Positions 12,384 to 25,490 of a DNA stretch of 64,000 nt are shown one piece after another. The position numbers were made by a program, and so were the translations under genes. Position 1 is the first letter of the stretch. Each line of letters begins with the position of its first letter. Origin of the DNA: Malacoraja senta (Eukaryota); NCBI GenBank assembly GCA_038087875.1, contig CM075999.1, forward strand, positions 3,164,001-3,228,000, written 5' to 3'. The notes under the pieces are model-generated. The model was not told where the DNA came from. It saw only the letters and a list, made by a program, of their open reading frames with translations, and ran no database searches.

Positions 12384-13357
12384 CTCGGTTGAAAAAGAGA
12401 AAAAGAGAATACAGGAGATTATTTTCCTGTGCAGTATCTCACTCACAACACTGCATCCACACTTGAACGAGGGATGCTCCGATCTGCACTAAACGCTTCA
12501 ATACTGTAACGTCCAGGTTCAGGAATAGCTACTTCCCTAAAGCCATCAGGCTATTAAACACTACAACAAATAAGCTCTGAGCTCTGAACTGCCAAAGACT
12601 ATATTATTATTGCTATATTTGTTATTTATTCAACTGTTTCTTTTTTTTCCCCTCTTCCCCCGTTATGTACTAAGTTTACATATTCACATATTCTGTTGTG
12701 CTGCAGCAAGTAACAATTTCATTCTCCCATCCGGGACACATGGTAATAAAACCCTCTTGACTCTTGACTCCCTTATCAGGTGTAGGAAAGAACTGCAGGT
12801 GCTGGTTTAAATCGAAGGTAGACACAAAATGCTGGAGTAACTCAGCCGGACAGGCTGAAGAAGGGTCTCGACCCGAAACGTCACCCATTCCTTCTCTCCA
12901 GAGACGCTGCCTGTCCCGCTGAGTTACTCCAGCATTTTGTGTCTCCCTTATCATGTATCTGTACACTGTGGACGGCTCGATTGTGATCATCATGTATGGT
13001 CTTTCCGCTGACTGGTTAGCACGCAACAAAAGCTTTTCACTGTACCTCGGTACGCGTGACAATAGACTAAACTGTAACTGCAGTCTGTGTGGCACTGTGA
13101 TCCACTCAACATAACGCTTCCCTCACACACAGAAACCCCACACTCCTGCAACATGGCCTCCCTCCTCCTCAGACCAAATAACCTGCATTTTCATAAGTAT
13201 ATTGGAGCAGAATTAGGCCATTCGGCCCATCAATACTACTCTGCCATTCAATCATGGCTGATCTATCTCTCCCTCCTAATCCCTAAGCATCTCCTTCCTA
13301 CAGGAACATCCTTTAATTCTGAGGCTGTGCCCTCTGGTCCTAGACTCTCCTGCCAGT

Positions 13358-13725
13358 CAGGGCTGGATTAACCATCGAGCAAAATAAGCATGTGCTTAGG
13401 GCATCAAGGGAAGAGGGGCACCACAGAAATGGTAAATGGTTTACGGCACAAAGGAAATCACTTTAAACTTGCTAAAATAATATTCGAAGTGGTTTATATG
13501 TTTCTATATGATCGGAAATATAGTGTTCAAATATGAATAACAAACTTTTCAAAATGTCAATAAAGTGGAAGTATACAAAAATAAACATTTCCCTTACTGT
13601 TAGTTTTGTTTCATTTTGAAAAATAAAAAATGTATTTTATTGTTTATATTTTGAATTACATATATATGGGGGCACCAAAATCTTTTTAAGTGCTTAGGGC
13701 CTCTATGGGTCTTAATCCGGCCCTG
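13358..13725. mobile_element. Non-autonomous hAT-type MITE (368 bp)
   Basis: TIRs cagggctggattaa and ttaatccggccctg. The 8-bp TSD reads ctgccagt (13350-13357) and ccgccagt (13726-13733). It splits a CR1 fragment. Confidence 0.88.
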
Positions 13726-13940
13726 CCGCCAGTGGAAACATCCTCTCCACATCCACTCTATCCAGACCTTTCACTATTCGGTAAGTTTTGCATCATTGCA
13801 TCTGGATCTGTTGCATCTTAGGTTAAGGTTCATTTTTGTCACGTGTACCGAGGTACAGTGAAAAGCTTTCTTTCGCATGGGTGTCTAAACCGAGCAGGTA
13901 ACACCACACATGAATACGATCAATTATTCAAGTACAAGTG

Positions 13941-14225
13941 GGGCACAGCGGTAGAGTTGCTGCCTCACAGCGCCGGAGACCCGGGTTCGATCCCGACTAC
14001 GGGTGCTGTCTGTACGGAGTTTGCACCTTCTCGTGGGTTTCCTCCGAGATCTTCGGTTTCCTCCCACACTCCAAAGACGTGCAGGTTTGTAGGTTGATTA
14101 GCTTTGGTATAAATGTAAATTGTCCCGAGTATGTGTGGGATAGCGTTAGTGTGCAGGGATCTCCGGTCGGCGCAGACTCGATGGGCCGAAGGGCCTGTTT
14201 CCGTGCTGTATCTCTAAACTAAACC
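13941..14225 (+). mobile_element. HE1-like V-SINE
   Basis: B-box ggttcgatcc, V-core, and tail gggccgaagggcctgtttccgtgctgtatctctaaactaaac. Confidence 0.8.
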
Positions 14226-14362
14226 ACACCAGGGAAGGGTTTAGGAAAGAACTGCAGATGCTGGAAAAATCGAAGGTAGACAAAATTGCTGGAGAAACTC
14301 AGCGTGTGAGGCGGCACCTATGGAGCGAAGGAAATAGTGACGTTTCGGGTCGAGACCCTTCT

Positions 14363-14893
14363 TGAGGACATTATTGCCATAGAGGGGGTGCAGAGAAGGT
14401 TCACCAGACTGATTCCTGGGATGTCAGGACTGTCTTATGAAGAAAGACTGGATAGACTTGGTTTATACTCTCTAGAATTTTAGGAGATTGAGAGGGGATC
14501 TTATAGAAACTTACAAAATTCCTTAAGGGGTTGGACAGGCTAGATGCAGGAATATTGCTCCCGATGTTGGGGAAGTCCAGGACAAGGGGTCACAGCTTAA
14601 GGATAAGGGGGAAATCCTTTAAAACCGAGATGAGAAGAACTTTTTTCACACAGAGAGTGGTGAATCTCTGGAACTCTCTGCCACAGAGGGTAGTCGAGGC
14701 CAGTTCATTGGCTATATTTAAGAGGGAGTTAGATGTGGCCCTTGTGGCTAAAGGGATCAGAGGGTATGGAGAGAAGGCAGGTACGGGATACTGAGTTGGA
14801 TGATCAGCCATGATCATATTGAATGGCGGTGCAGGCTCGAAGGGCCGAATGGCCTACTCCTGCACCTAATTTCTATGTTCTATGTTTCTATGT
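14363..14893 (+). mobile_element. CR1 LINE 3' fragment, (TTCTATGT)n-tailed subfamily
   Basis: ORF 14531-14794 is the CR1 C-terminus; tail ttctatgttctatgtttctatgt. Confidence 0.9.
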
Positions 14894-15442
14894 TGAGACT
14901 GATGAAGGAATAGGTGACGTTTCGGGTCGAGACCCGAAAGGGTCTCGACCCGAAACGTCGCCTATTCCTTCGCTCCATAGATGCTGCCTCACCCGCTGAG
15001 TTTCTCCAGCATTTTTGTCCACACTAAGGAAGGGTGTGCAGTGCTTGTAATAATAGGCAAGGAAAGATTTAAAGAGATGAAACTGCAGTGTTGAACAAAC
15101 CCAGTGGAACCAGTGTGAATACTCTTCACTTGACCCTGGTACAGGGATGATGCAGCTCGGATTGTCCAGTCTACCCACAGATGTATCTGTCAGTTACTGA
15201 ACGCATACACGGGAGCAGACGCTGTCCACGGCCGCCATCCCTGGTGTTCCTTGGCCCGTTCTTCACTCCCCCTCTGGGGAACAGATGCACGATGCCGAGA
15301 GACAGTTCCTTGGCAAGGAAATCCGTTAGTCTGGGCTATTATGGACGAAGGAAGTTCAGCAGAAGTAGATAAGTCAAGGGAGCACAAAGGGTGGTGGGTG
15401 TATGGAACAAGCTGCATTATTATTGGTTGTCCCTTGGTTTTT

Positions 15443-15838
15443 TTGTGTGTGTGTATGTGTATGTGTGTGTGCGTGCGTGTGTGTATATATATTTCAGTGT
15501 GTATATATACACACACATACTCACAATTACACACATATATATATATAAACACACACACATATATATATACATACATATACACATATATATATATACACAT
15601 ACATAAATATACACATATATAAATACATATATATACACACATACATATACACACATATACATACATATATATATAAATACACATATATATATACATATAT
15701 GTATACATATATATACACACACACATATATATATGTGTGTATATGTATATAGATGTGCAATTGTGTAATTGTACACATACACACACACTTATATAATACA
15801 TATGTGTGTGTAATTGTTAGTATGTGTATACACACACT
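15443..15838. repeat. Compound (TA)/(CA)/(TG) microsatellite
   Basis: Seen directly; it accounts for the Y/I/C/V-rich ORFs here. Confidence 0.95.
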
Positions 15839-16794
15839 GAACTTTTTTCTCTCTTGTTTATCACATTGTTTACAGTGTACTATGTTTACATATCCTGTTG
15901 TGTTGCAGCAAGTAAGAATGTCATTGTTTCTATCATAGACACACGACAACAAACACTCTTGACTCTTGAGGAGGTAGTTGAGGTAGACTATTGCAACGTT
16001 TAAGAAACAATTACATAGGTACGTGGATAGTCGTGTAAGTGGGACAAGCCCTTGACTGATGCAGGTGTGGCTGTAATGGAAAAAAATCAATGGGTGAGTT
16101 TATTATCCAAGTGGGTTTAGTTTAGTTTGGTGACGCAGTGTAGAAAGAGGCCCTTCGGCCCACCTAGTCCACACCAGCCAGCGATCCCCGCACAGGGTGG
16201 CACAGTAGGGCCATTACAGCGCCAGAGACCCGGGTTTGATCCTGACTACGGGCGCTGTCTGTACAGAGTTTGCACGTTCTCCCCGTGACCTGCGTGGGTC
16301 TCTCTCCAAGATCTGTCTTGGTATAAATGTAAAATTGTCTCCAGTGTGTGTAGGGTAGTGTTAATGTGCGGGGATCGCTGGTCAGTGCTGCCTGATGGGC
16401 CGAAGGGCCTGTTTATATCCAAACTAAACTGAATTGACATCACCCTACACACACTGGGGACAATTTTACAGTTTTCACCAAAGCCAATTAACCTACAAAC
16501 CTGCACGTCTTTGGAGTGTGGGAGGAAACCGGAGCGCCCGGAGAAAACCCAGGCAGGTCGTGTACAAACTCCATACAGACAGCACCCATAGTCGGGATCG
16601 AACCCAGGTCTCTGGCGCTGTGAGGCAGCAACTCTACCGCTACGCCACCATGCCCATTACTGTAGGATTGTTGTAATTTAACACCCAGAATAACGCTCCG
16701 AGCTGTAAACCGTGATATATTTTTCCAAACATCCAGAGTAAATGAATTGCAATGCAATAACTAATTTGAACAGCGTGGCTGTACTGTAGTTTAT

Positions 16795-17238
16795 ATAGAA
16801 ACATAGAAAATAGGTGCAGGAGTAGGCCATTCGGCCCTTTGAGCCTGCACCGCCATTCAATATGGTCATGGCTGATCATCCAACTCAGTATCCTGTACCT
16901 GCCTTCTCTCCATACCCCCTGATCCCACAAGGGCCACATCTAACTCCCCCTTAAATATAGCCAGTGAACTGGCCTCAACTACCTTCTATGGCAGAGAATT
17001 CCACAGATTCACCACTCTCTGTGTAAAAAATGATTGTCTCATCTCGTCCTAAAAGACTTCCCCCTTATCCTTAAACTGTGACCCCTTGTTCTGGACTTCC
17101 CAACATCGGGAACAATCTTCCTGCATCTAGCCTGTCCAGCCCCTTAAGAATTTTGTAAGTTTCTATAAGATCCCCCCTCAATCTTCTAAATTCCAGCGAG
17201 TACAAGCCGAGTCTATCCAGTCTTTCTTCATATGAAAG
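16795..17238 (-). mobile_element. CR1 LINE 3' fragment
   Basis: Near-identical to 23764-24220. Confidence 0.88.
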
Positions 17239-17969
17239 TATCTACAACAGTAAGACAAATGCCCAGTTAGTCTCTGTCTGCTGTCTGAGCAACTGCTGTT
17301 TCCACAATATAAACACACGCTGTGTTCAGGCAGGAGAGAAGTTCGTTCAACAACCGCTGCCTGTCATTAACCCCTTCCTCCCTGGTTATGTGTGTGTCTG
17401 TTTATATGCTGTGGATGTCATTAGTTTATTGTCACGTGTACTGAGGTACAGTGAAAAGCTTCTGTCGTGTGCTATCCAGTCAGCGGAAAGACAATACATG
17501 ATTACACGATCACGCGCAAATAAGGTCATAAGGAATAGGACTAGAATTAGGCCATTCGGCCCATCAGGTCTACTCCACCATTCAATCCTGGCTGATCCAT
17601 CTCTCCCAGCCAACCCCATTCTCCTGCCTTCTCCCCATAACCTCGTACTAATCAAATGTGTTCAGATACATGATAAAGGGGACAGCACGGGATCAGGCCC
17701 TTCAGCCCACAAAGTCTGTGCTGAACATAATCCAAGAACATGATGCTAAGCCGAGGGGCGATCAGGTGCTGGATAGCCTTATCTCGCCTCCTGTTACCTC
17801 CCCCTCCTCCCCACTCTATCTTCTGATTCCTTCTCTCCAGAGATGCTGCCTGTCCCGCTGAGTTACTCCAGCGTTTTGTGTCTATGTTTGGTTTAAACCA
17901 GCGTCTGCAGTTCCTTCCTACACCAGGCCAAGTTAATCTTATCCCATCTGCCTGTACATGTTCCATAAT

Positions 17970-18432
17970 ACTCCAACTCCCCCTCCATTCCCACACTGAC
18001 CTTTCTGTCCTGGGCCTCCTCCATTGTCAGAGTGAGGCCCAGCGCACATTGGAGGAACAGCACCTCAGCTTACCGCAGGAGTACCGCAGCTTACACCCCC
18101 AGCGGTATGAACCTTGCATCCCCTCTCTCTCCGTCCCCTCCCCCACCCTAGTCAACGTACTAGTTTCACTGTCTTCCTGTTGAGTTCCAATGTCTCAATA
18201 TAACTCGTTTTCACCTATCCCGCAGCCAACAATGGAGCATTGTGGGCTCCACATTTCCTTGATTATCGTTGCTCTCTGCGTATCCTCCATTCATTTGGCC
18301 AAGTACCGTCTATATCCCTCGTTCCTCTCTCCCCCGAATCTGAAGAAGGGTCTCGATCCGAAACGCCACCCGTTCCTTCTCTCCAGAGACGCTGCCTGTC
18401 CCGCTGAGTTACTCCAACATTTTGTGTCTCTC
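17970..18432 (+). mobile_element. Penelope-like element 3' fragment (GIY-YIG C-terminus, 3' UTR, terminal repeat)
   Basis: Encodes (N)SPSHSHTDLSVLGLLHCQSEAQRTLEEQHL...P.GMN, the C-terminal motif of PLE GIY-YIG endonucleases. It is followed by ctgaagaagggtctcgatccgaaacg and the recurrent gatgctgcctgtcccgctgagttactccag terminus. Confidence 0.8.
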
Positions 18433-19089
18433 TCCAAATTCTACGATGGTCTGACCAAAACTACCAAGTCAAAACCGCTTGACATTGTTAAGTGCACAGT
18501 TTTGTCCCAGTGGAAGCTCACCCTGCATAATTAATTGTTCTCTATCAATGCTTCAGAAAAGTAATCCCTGTGGATTAGTGAAGATTAGTTGCTCGAAATA
18601 CAAGAATCGACGATTTTAACCCTGCATAATAATGCAACTCAGGGCTAGCAGCAACAGATATTCTGAAACTAATCGTGTAGATGCTGGTTTACACCAAAGA
18701 TAGACACAAAGTACTGGAGTAACTCAGCGGGACAGGCAGCATCTCTGGGGAACATTGAAAGGCGACGTTTCTAGTCGGAACCCCAGGTCTGAAGAAGGGT
18801 CTCGACCTGAAACGTCACCCATTCCCTCTCTCCAGAGATGCTGCCTGTCCCGCTGAGTTACTCCAGCTTTTGTGTGTATCGATTCTGAGAATAGTTAAAT
18901 TCAAGGGGAAAACTGATAAAATAGAGTAACTCCACTTATCACGACATCCCTATCTTTGATTGCACTTCACGGGACTTTATCTTGCACTAAACCTTATTCA
19001 TGTTTATCCTGTATCTGTACACGGTGGACGACTCGATTGTAATCATACTCCAGCACATTGAGTCCTTTTTGGTAAATCAGCATCTGCAG

Positions 19090-19580
19090 TTATAGAGTCA
19101 TACAGTGTGGAAACAGGCCTTCGGCCCAACTTGCTGAACTGGCAAGTACTGGCCAACATGCCCCATCTACACTAGTCCTACCTGCCCACGTTTGGCCCTT
19201 TAAACTTCTCCTATCCATGTACCTGTCCAAATGTTTCTTAAACGATGGGATAGTCCCAGCCTCAACTACCTCCTCCGGCAGCTCGTTCCATACACCCACC
19301 ACCCTCTGTGTGAAAATGTTAGCCCTCAGGTTCCTATTAAATCTATCCCCCTTTACCTTAAACCTATGTCCTCTAGTCCTCGATTCCCCTACTCTGGGCA
19401 AGAGACTCTGTGGTCTGCTGAATCTATTCCTCTCATGATTTTGTACACCTCTATAAGATCACCCCTCATCCTCCTGCGCTCCAAGGAATAGAGTCCCAGC
19501 CTGCTCAACCTGTCCCTATAGCTCAGGCCCTTGACTCCTGGCAACATCCACCTAAATCTTCTCTGCATCCTTTCCAGCTA
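19090..19580 (-). mobile_element. CR1-clade (HER1-like) LINE 3' fragment whose tail is shared with the V-SINE
   Basis: ORF 19090-19401 (RTRGHRFKV...FTQRVVGVWNELPEEVVEA); the 3' end gggccgaaggcctgtttccacactgtatgactctat matches the SINE tails. Confidence 0.82.
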
Positions 19581-21567
19581 GTATTGTCATTCCACTGACT
19601 GGATAGCAAGCAACAAAAGCTTTTCGCTGTACCTCGGTACAAGTGACAATAAACTAAACTTAACTAAACCCTACTCCAGGGCAGTTAAGAGGTTTAAAAG
19701 GTGCCATTAGAGCATGCCACCCAGAACAGGATGACCTGTCTAAAGGAAGGAACTGCAGATGCCGGTTTACAACACAATATATAGAATATAGACACAAAAT
19801 GCTGGAGTAACTCAGCGGGACAGGCAGCATCTCTGGAGAAAAGGAATAGGTGACGTTTCGTGTCGAGACCCAGGTTCGATCCTGACTACGGGTGCGTGTC
19901 TGTACGGAGTTTGTACGTTCTCCCGGTGACCCGCGTGGGCTTTCCCCGGATGCTCCAGTTTCATCCCACACACCAAAGACATACAGGTTTGTAGGTTAAT
20001 TAGCTTCGATAAAAATAGTAAAATGTAAGGATAGCGGCAGTGTGCGGGGATCGCTGGTTGGCGCGGGCTCCGTGGGCCGATGGGACCGTTGCTGCGCTGT
20101 ATCTCTAAACTAAACTAAAAAAAAATAAATGGGTGACGTTTTGGGTCAAGTGGTCACCCATTCCTTCTCTCCAGAGATGCTGTCTGACCCGCTGAGTTAC
20201 TGCAGCATTTTGCGTCTAACTTTATTAGAAACGGGATTACAGCTGCCCTCCGCCAATTTCCTCTCAAGATGAAGCTCTCAAATCACAAGAGATTCCATCG
20301 TGACACGTGCTCAGGCAGATGTTTTCCATCAGTGGTCTTAGAAGCTGCCAGAATATTCTAGCAACCTCCGACCGCCTCTTGTCCCATTGCCCGGTATGAA
20401 ATAAAAACATTTTTGGTAACGATTGCTTGTGGATTTTTCCTTTTAAAGTTATTCGGGCAGATTATATGGACAGGAAGGTTTCGCGGGGATACATTCAGTT
20501 CACTTTAGTTTATTGACCACGTGTACCGAGGTGCAGTGAAAAGCTTTTGTTGCACGCAAACCAGTCAGCGGAAAGACAATACGTGATTACAATCGAGCCG
20601 TCCACAGTGTACTGATACAGGATTGTGGAATTCTTTGCCACAGACGGCTGTGGAGGCCAAGTCAGTGGATATTTTCAAGGCGGAGATTGATAGATTCTTG
20701 ATTAGTGCGGGTGTCAGAGGCTATGGGGAGAAGGCAGGAGAATGGGGTTAGGAGGGAGAGATAGATCAGACATGATTGAATGGTGTAGACTTGATGGGCC
20801 GATGGACCTAATTCTACTCCTATTCCTCACGACCTTGTGATAAGTGAATAACCCAAATGCAGGCAAATGGGCGGCACGGTGGCGCAGCGGGTAGAACTGC
20901 TGCCTCACAGCGTCAGAAGCCCGGGATCGATCCTCACCTCGGGTGCTGTCTCTGTGGAGTTTGCACGTTCTCCCTGTGACCGCGTGGGTTTTCCCCGGGT
21001 GCTCTGGTTTCCTCCCACATCCCAAAGACGTGCGGGTTTGTAGGTTCATCGACCCTCTGTAAATTGCCCCTGGTGTGTAGGGTGTGGATGGAAAGTGGGA
21101 TAACATAGAACTAGTGTGAACGGGTGGTCGATGGTCGGCATGACTTGATGGGCCGAAGGGCCTGATTCCATGCTGTAATTGAACTAAACTTAGCTGAATG
21201 CACCCTTTCCCTGTAGGCATACGAGTTGAAATCTCGGTACATTGAGACATTTTGTATATGTAGGTTGTATATTCACATATGTTGCATATTTTTAAGGCAC
21301 AGATTGACAGATTCTTGATTAGTAAAGGTATCAATTGTTATGGGGTGAAAGCAGGAGAATGGGGTTGAGTGGGAAAGATAGATCGGCCGGGCCGAATGGC
21401 CTAATTGATGGGCCGAATGGCCTAATTCTGCTGCACTGACTTATGAAATAAGGGACCTATATTTAACAATGAATTTGTTAATTTGTTCATTCACTGTCAA
21501 TCAATAAAAGTACTTCGGTACCTTCCAGCCTGACCACTGGAAATGTCCACCCCAATGTATGAAGGAC

Positions 21568-21920
21568 ACTAGAGAGGGTGGTGGACACAGGTACTGACCT
21601 CCTCACCATTGAAGGGATCTACAGGAGGCGCTGCCTCAATAAGGCAGCCAGCATCATCAGAGCCACACCACCCTGGCCAAGCTCTCATCTCACCACTGCC
21701 ATGGGAAGAAGGTACAGGAGCCTGAAAACCGTGACCTCCAGGTTCAAGAACAGCTTCTTCCAACAACCATCAGGCTCTTGAACACTGCACAACACTGACC
21801 TCAGCAACTGTGATCTAACACGGACAGTGTCTTTGGTTGCAATAGTATCATTGCAAAGTAGTACAGTTATTAATTTATTTCATCATTGATGAGTATATAT
21901 TTATCCGTGTGTTATGGTAT
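21568..21920 (+). mobile_element. Rex1/Babar-type LINE 3' fragment
   Basis: IEGIYRRRCLNKAASII...GRRYRSLKTVTSRFKNSFF. Related pieces lie at about 12500-12770, 28720-28880, 31190-31380, 33400-33625 and 34275-34657. Confidence 0.75.
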
Positions 21921-23214
21921 AATTGGCTTTCTCTCCAGAGATGCTGCCTGTCCCGCTGAGTTACTCCAGCTTTTGTGTATGTCTTTGGTTTAAACCGGCA
22001 TCTGCAGTTCCTTCCTGCACATAATTGACATGGTGGAATCCATCAGCGGCAGTTCTGCCCCTGGGCCACTGGACCGCCCGGTTGAAGGGTTGTGAATTGT
22101 GAAGCCAGAGGAAGGAATCTAGGTTGACATAGACACACATAAAATAGGTGCAGGAGTAGGCCATTCAGCCCCTCGAGCCAGCACCGCCATTCAATATGAT
22201 CATGGCTGATCACACAAAATCAGTACCCCTATTCCTGCTTTCTCCCCATATCCCCTGATTCCGTTAGCCCCTAAGAGCTAAATCTAACTCTCTCTTGAAA
22301 ACATCCATTGAATTGGCCTCCACTGCCTTCTGTGGCAGAGAATTCCACAGATTCACAACTCTCTGGGTGAAAACGTTTTTCCTCATCTCCGTTCTAAATG
22401 GCCGACCCCTTATTCTTAAACTGTGACCCCTGGTTCTGGACTCCCCCAACATGGGGAACATGTTTCCTGCATCTCGCCTGTCCAATCCCTTAGGGGCTTT
22501 ATATGTTTCTATAAGATATAAGACGGGGTGGGGTTTACAGGTGGGGTATTGAACCAGTGCGTTTGTCGGCACTGGGCCTGTACTCGCTGGAGTTTAGAAG
22601 GATGAGGGGTCCCCTCATTGAAACTTACTGAATAGTGAAAGGCCTGGATAGAGTGGATGTGGAGAGGATGTTTCCACTAGTGGGAGAGTCTCAGTATTAA
22701 AGAACGTTCTTTTAGGAAGGAGATGAGGTGGAATTTCTTTAGTCAGAGGGTGGTGAATCTGTAGGATTCTTTACCACAGAAGGCTGTGGAGACCAAGTCA
22801 GTGGATATTTTTGAGGGAGAGATAGATAGATTCTTGATTAGTGCGGGTGTCAGAGGCTACGGGGAGAAGGCAGGAGAATGGGGGTTAGGAGGGAGAGATA
22901 GATCAGCCATGATTGAATGGCAGAGTAGACTTGATGGGCCGAATGGCCTCATTCTACTCCTATCACTTATAAACTTACGACAAGGGAATAACCCAAACAC
23001 AGGGAAATGTGCGGCACGGTGGCGCAGCGGGTAGAGCTGAGCCTCACAGCTCCAGAGACCCGGGTTCGATCCTCACCTTCGGGTGCTGTCTTTGTGGAGA
23101 TTGCATGTTCTCCCCGTGACCGCGTGGGTTTTCCCCAGGTGCTCCGGTTTCCTCCCATATCCCAAAGGTTAATTGGCCCTCCGTGGGACAAATGGCCTAA
23201 TTCTAGTCCTATCA

Positions 23215-23577
<363 letters not shown>

Positions 23578-23714
23578 TTAGTCAACCAAAGTCAAACATA
23601 AAAAGAACAGGTGACAGACACACAAAATGCTGGAGTAACTCAGCGGGACAGGCAGCATCTCTGGAGAGAAGGAATGGGCGACGTTTCGGGTCGGGGCCCT
23701 TCTGCAGTTACTTA

Positions 23715-25490
23715 AGTGCCTGTCCCACTTGGCGATTTTTTCAGCGGACTGCCGGCGTCATATAGAAAACATAGAAAATAGGTGCAGGAGTAGGCCATTC
23801 AGCCCTTCGAGCCTGCACCGCCATTCAATATGATCATGGCTGATCATCCAACTCAGTATCCTGTACCTGCCTTCTCTCCATACCCCCTGATCCCTTTAGC
23901 CACAAGGGCCACATCTAACTCCCTCTTAAATATAGACAATGAACTGGCCTCAACTACCTTCTGTGGCTGAGAATTCCAGAGATTCACCACTCTCTGTGTG
24001 AAAAATGTTTTTTCTCATCTCAGTCCTAAAAGACTTCCCCCTTATCCTTAAACTGTGACCATTGTTCTTGACTTCCCCAACATCGGGAACAATGTTCCTG
24101 CATCTAGCCTGTCCAATCCCTTAAGAATTTTGTAAGTTTTTATAAGATCCCCCCTCAATCTTCTAAATTCCAGCGAGTACAAGCCGAGTCTATCCAGTCT
24201 TTCTTCATATGAAAGTCTAGACATCCCAGGAATCAGTCTGGTGAACCTTCTCTGTACTCCCTCTATGGCAAGAATGTCTTTCCTTAGATTAGGAGACCAA
24301 AACTGTACGCAATACTCCAGGTGTGGTCTCATCAAAACCCTGTACGACTGCAGTAGAACCTCCCTGCTCCTATACTCAAATCCTTTTGCTATGAATGCTA
24401 ACATACCATTCGCCTTCTTCACTGCCTGCTGCACCTGCATGCCTACTTTCAATGACTGGTGTACCATGACACCCAGGTCTCGTTGCATCTCCCCTTTACC
24501 TAATCGGCAACCATTCAGATAATAGTCTACTTTCCTGTTTTTGCCACCAAAGTAGATAACCTCACATTTATCCACATTATACTGCATCTGCCATGCATTT
24601 GCCCACTCACCCAGCCTATCCAAGTCACCTTGCAGCCTCCTCACAGCTAACACTGCCCCCCAGCTTTGTGTCATCCTCAAACTGGGAGATGTTGCATTCA
24701 ATTCCCTCGTCCAAATCATTAATATATATCGTAAATAGCTGGGGTCCCAGCACTGAGCCTTGCGGTACCCCACTAGTCACTGCCTGCTATTCTGAAAAGG
24801 ACCCGTTTACTCCTACTCTTTGCTTCCTGTCTGCCAGCCAGTTCTCTATCCACATCAATACTGAACCCCCAATACCGTGTGCTTTAAGTTTGTATACTAA
24901 TCTCTTATGTGGGACCTTGTCGAAAGCCTTCTGAAAGTCCAGATATAACACATCCACTGGTTCTCCCCTATCCACTCTACTAGTTACATCCTCGAAATAT
25001 TCTATAAGATTCGTCAGACATGATTTACCTTTCGTAAATCCATGCTGACTTTGTCCAATGATTTCACCACTTTCCAAATGTGCTGCTATCCCATCTTTAA
25101 TATCTGACTCTAGCAGTTTCCCCACTACCGATGTTAGACTAACTGGTCTGTAATTCCCCGTTTTCTCTCTCCCTCCCATTTTAAAAAGTGGGGTTACGTT
25201 TGCTACCCTCCAATCCTCAGGAACTACTCCAGAATCCAAAGAGTTTTGAAAAATTATCACTAATGCATCCACTATTTCTGGGGCTACTTCCCCACTATAT
25301 CAGGTTCGCCAAAAGATTTTGACGACCAGATCAAAATCCAGCGGCGACAAAAAAATGTCACGACACTTGAAAAAACACCGCGCGTCGTACGTCGTCACGC
25401 CGCATCACGGCGCAAATTTTTCGGTGACCTGATACGTCAGTCAATGATGGCGTCAGTCGCCGAAAAAAATCGCCAAGTGGGACAGGCCCT
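23715..25490. mobile_element. PIF/Harbinger-type MITE split by a CR1 insertion
   Basis: TIRs agtgcctgtcccacttggcgattttt and aaaaatcgccaagtgggacaggccct, with tta/tga flanks. An uninterrupted relative lies at 52576-52804. Confidence 0.82.
23764..25290 (-). mobile_element. CR1 LINE, longest copy in the window (RT domain to 3' end), frameshifted
   Basis: ORFs 24787-25272 (VPEDWRVANVTPLFK...NYRPVSLTS...QHGF...CLTNL...YLDFQKAFDKVPH) and 24048-24773. Confidence 0.95.

Noticed and set aside
15205..15300. Second HDV-like fold (GGGAGCA/UGUUCCU pairing)
   Set aside because: The L3 length and sequence do not fit, and there is no P2 partner.
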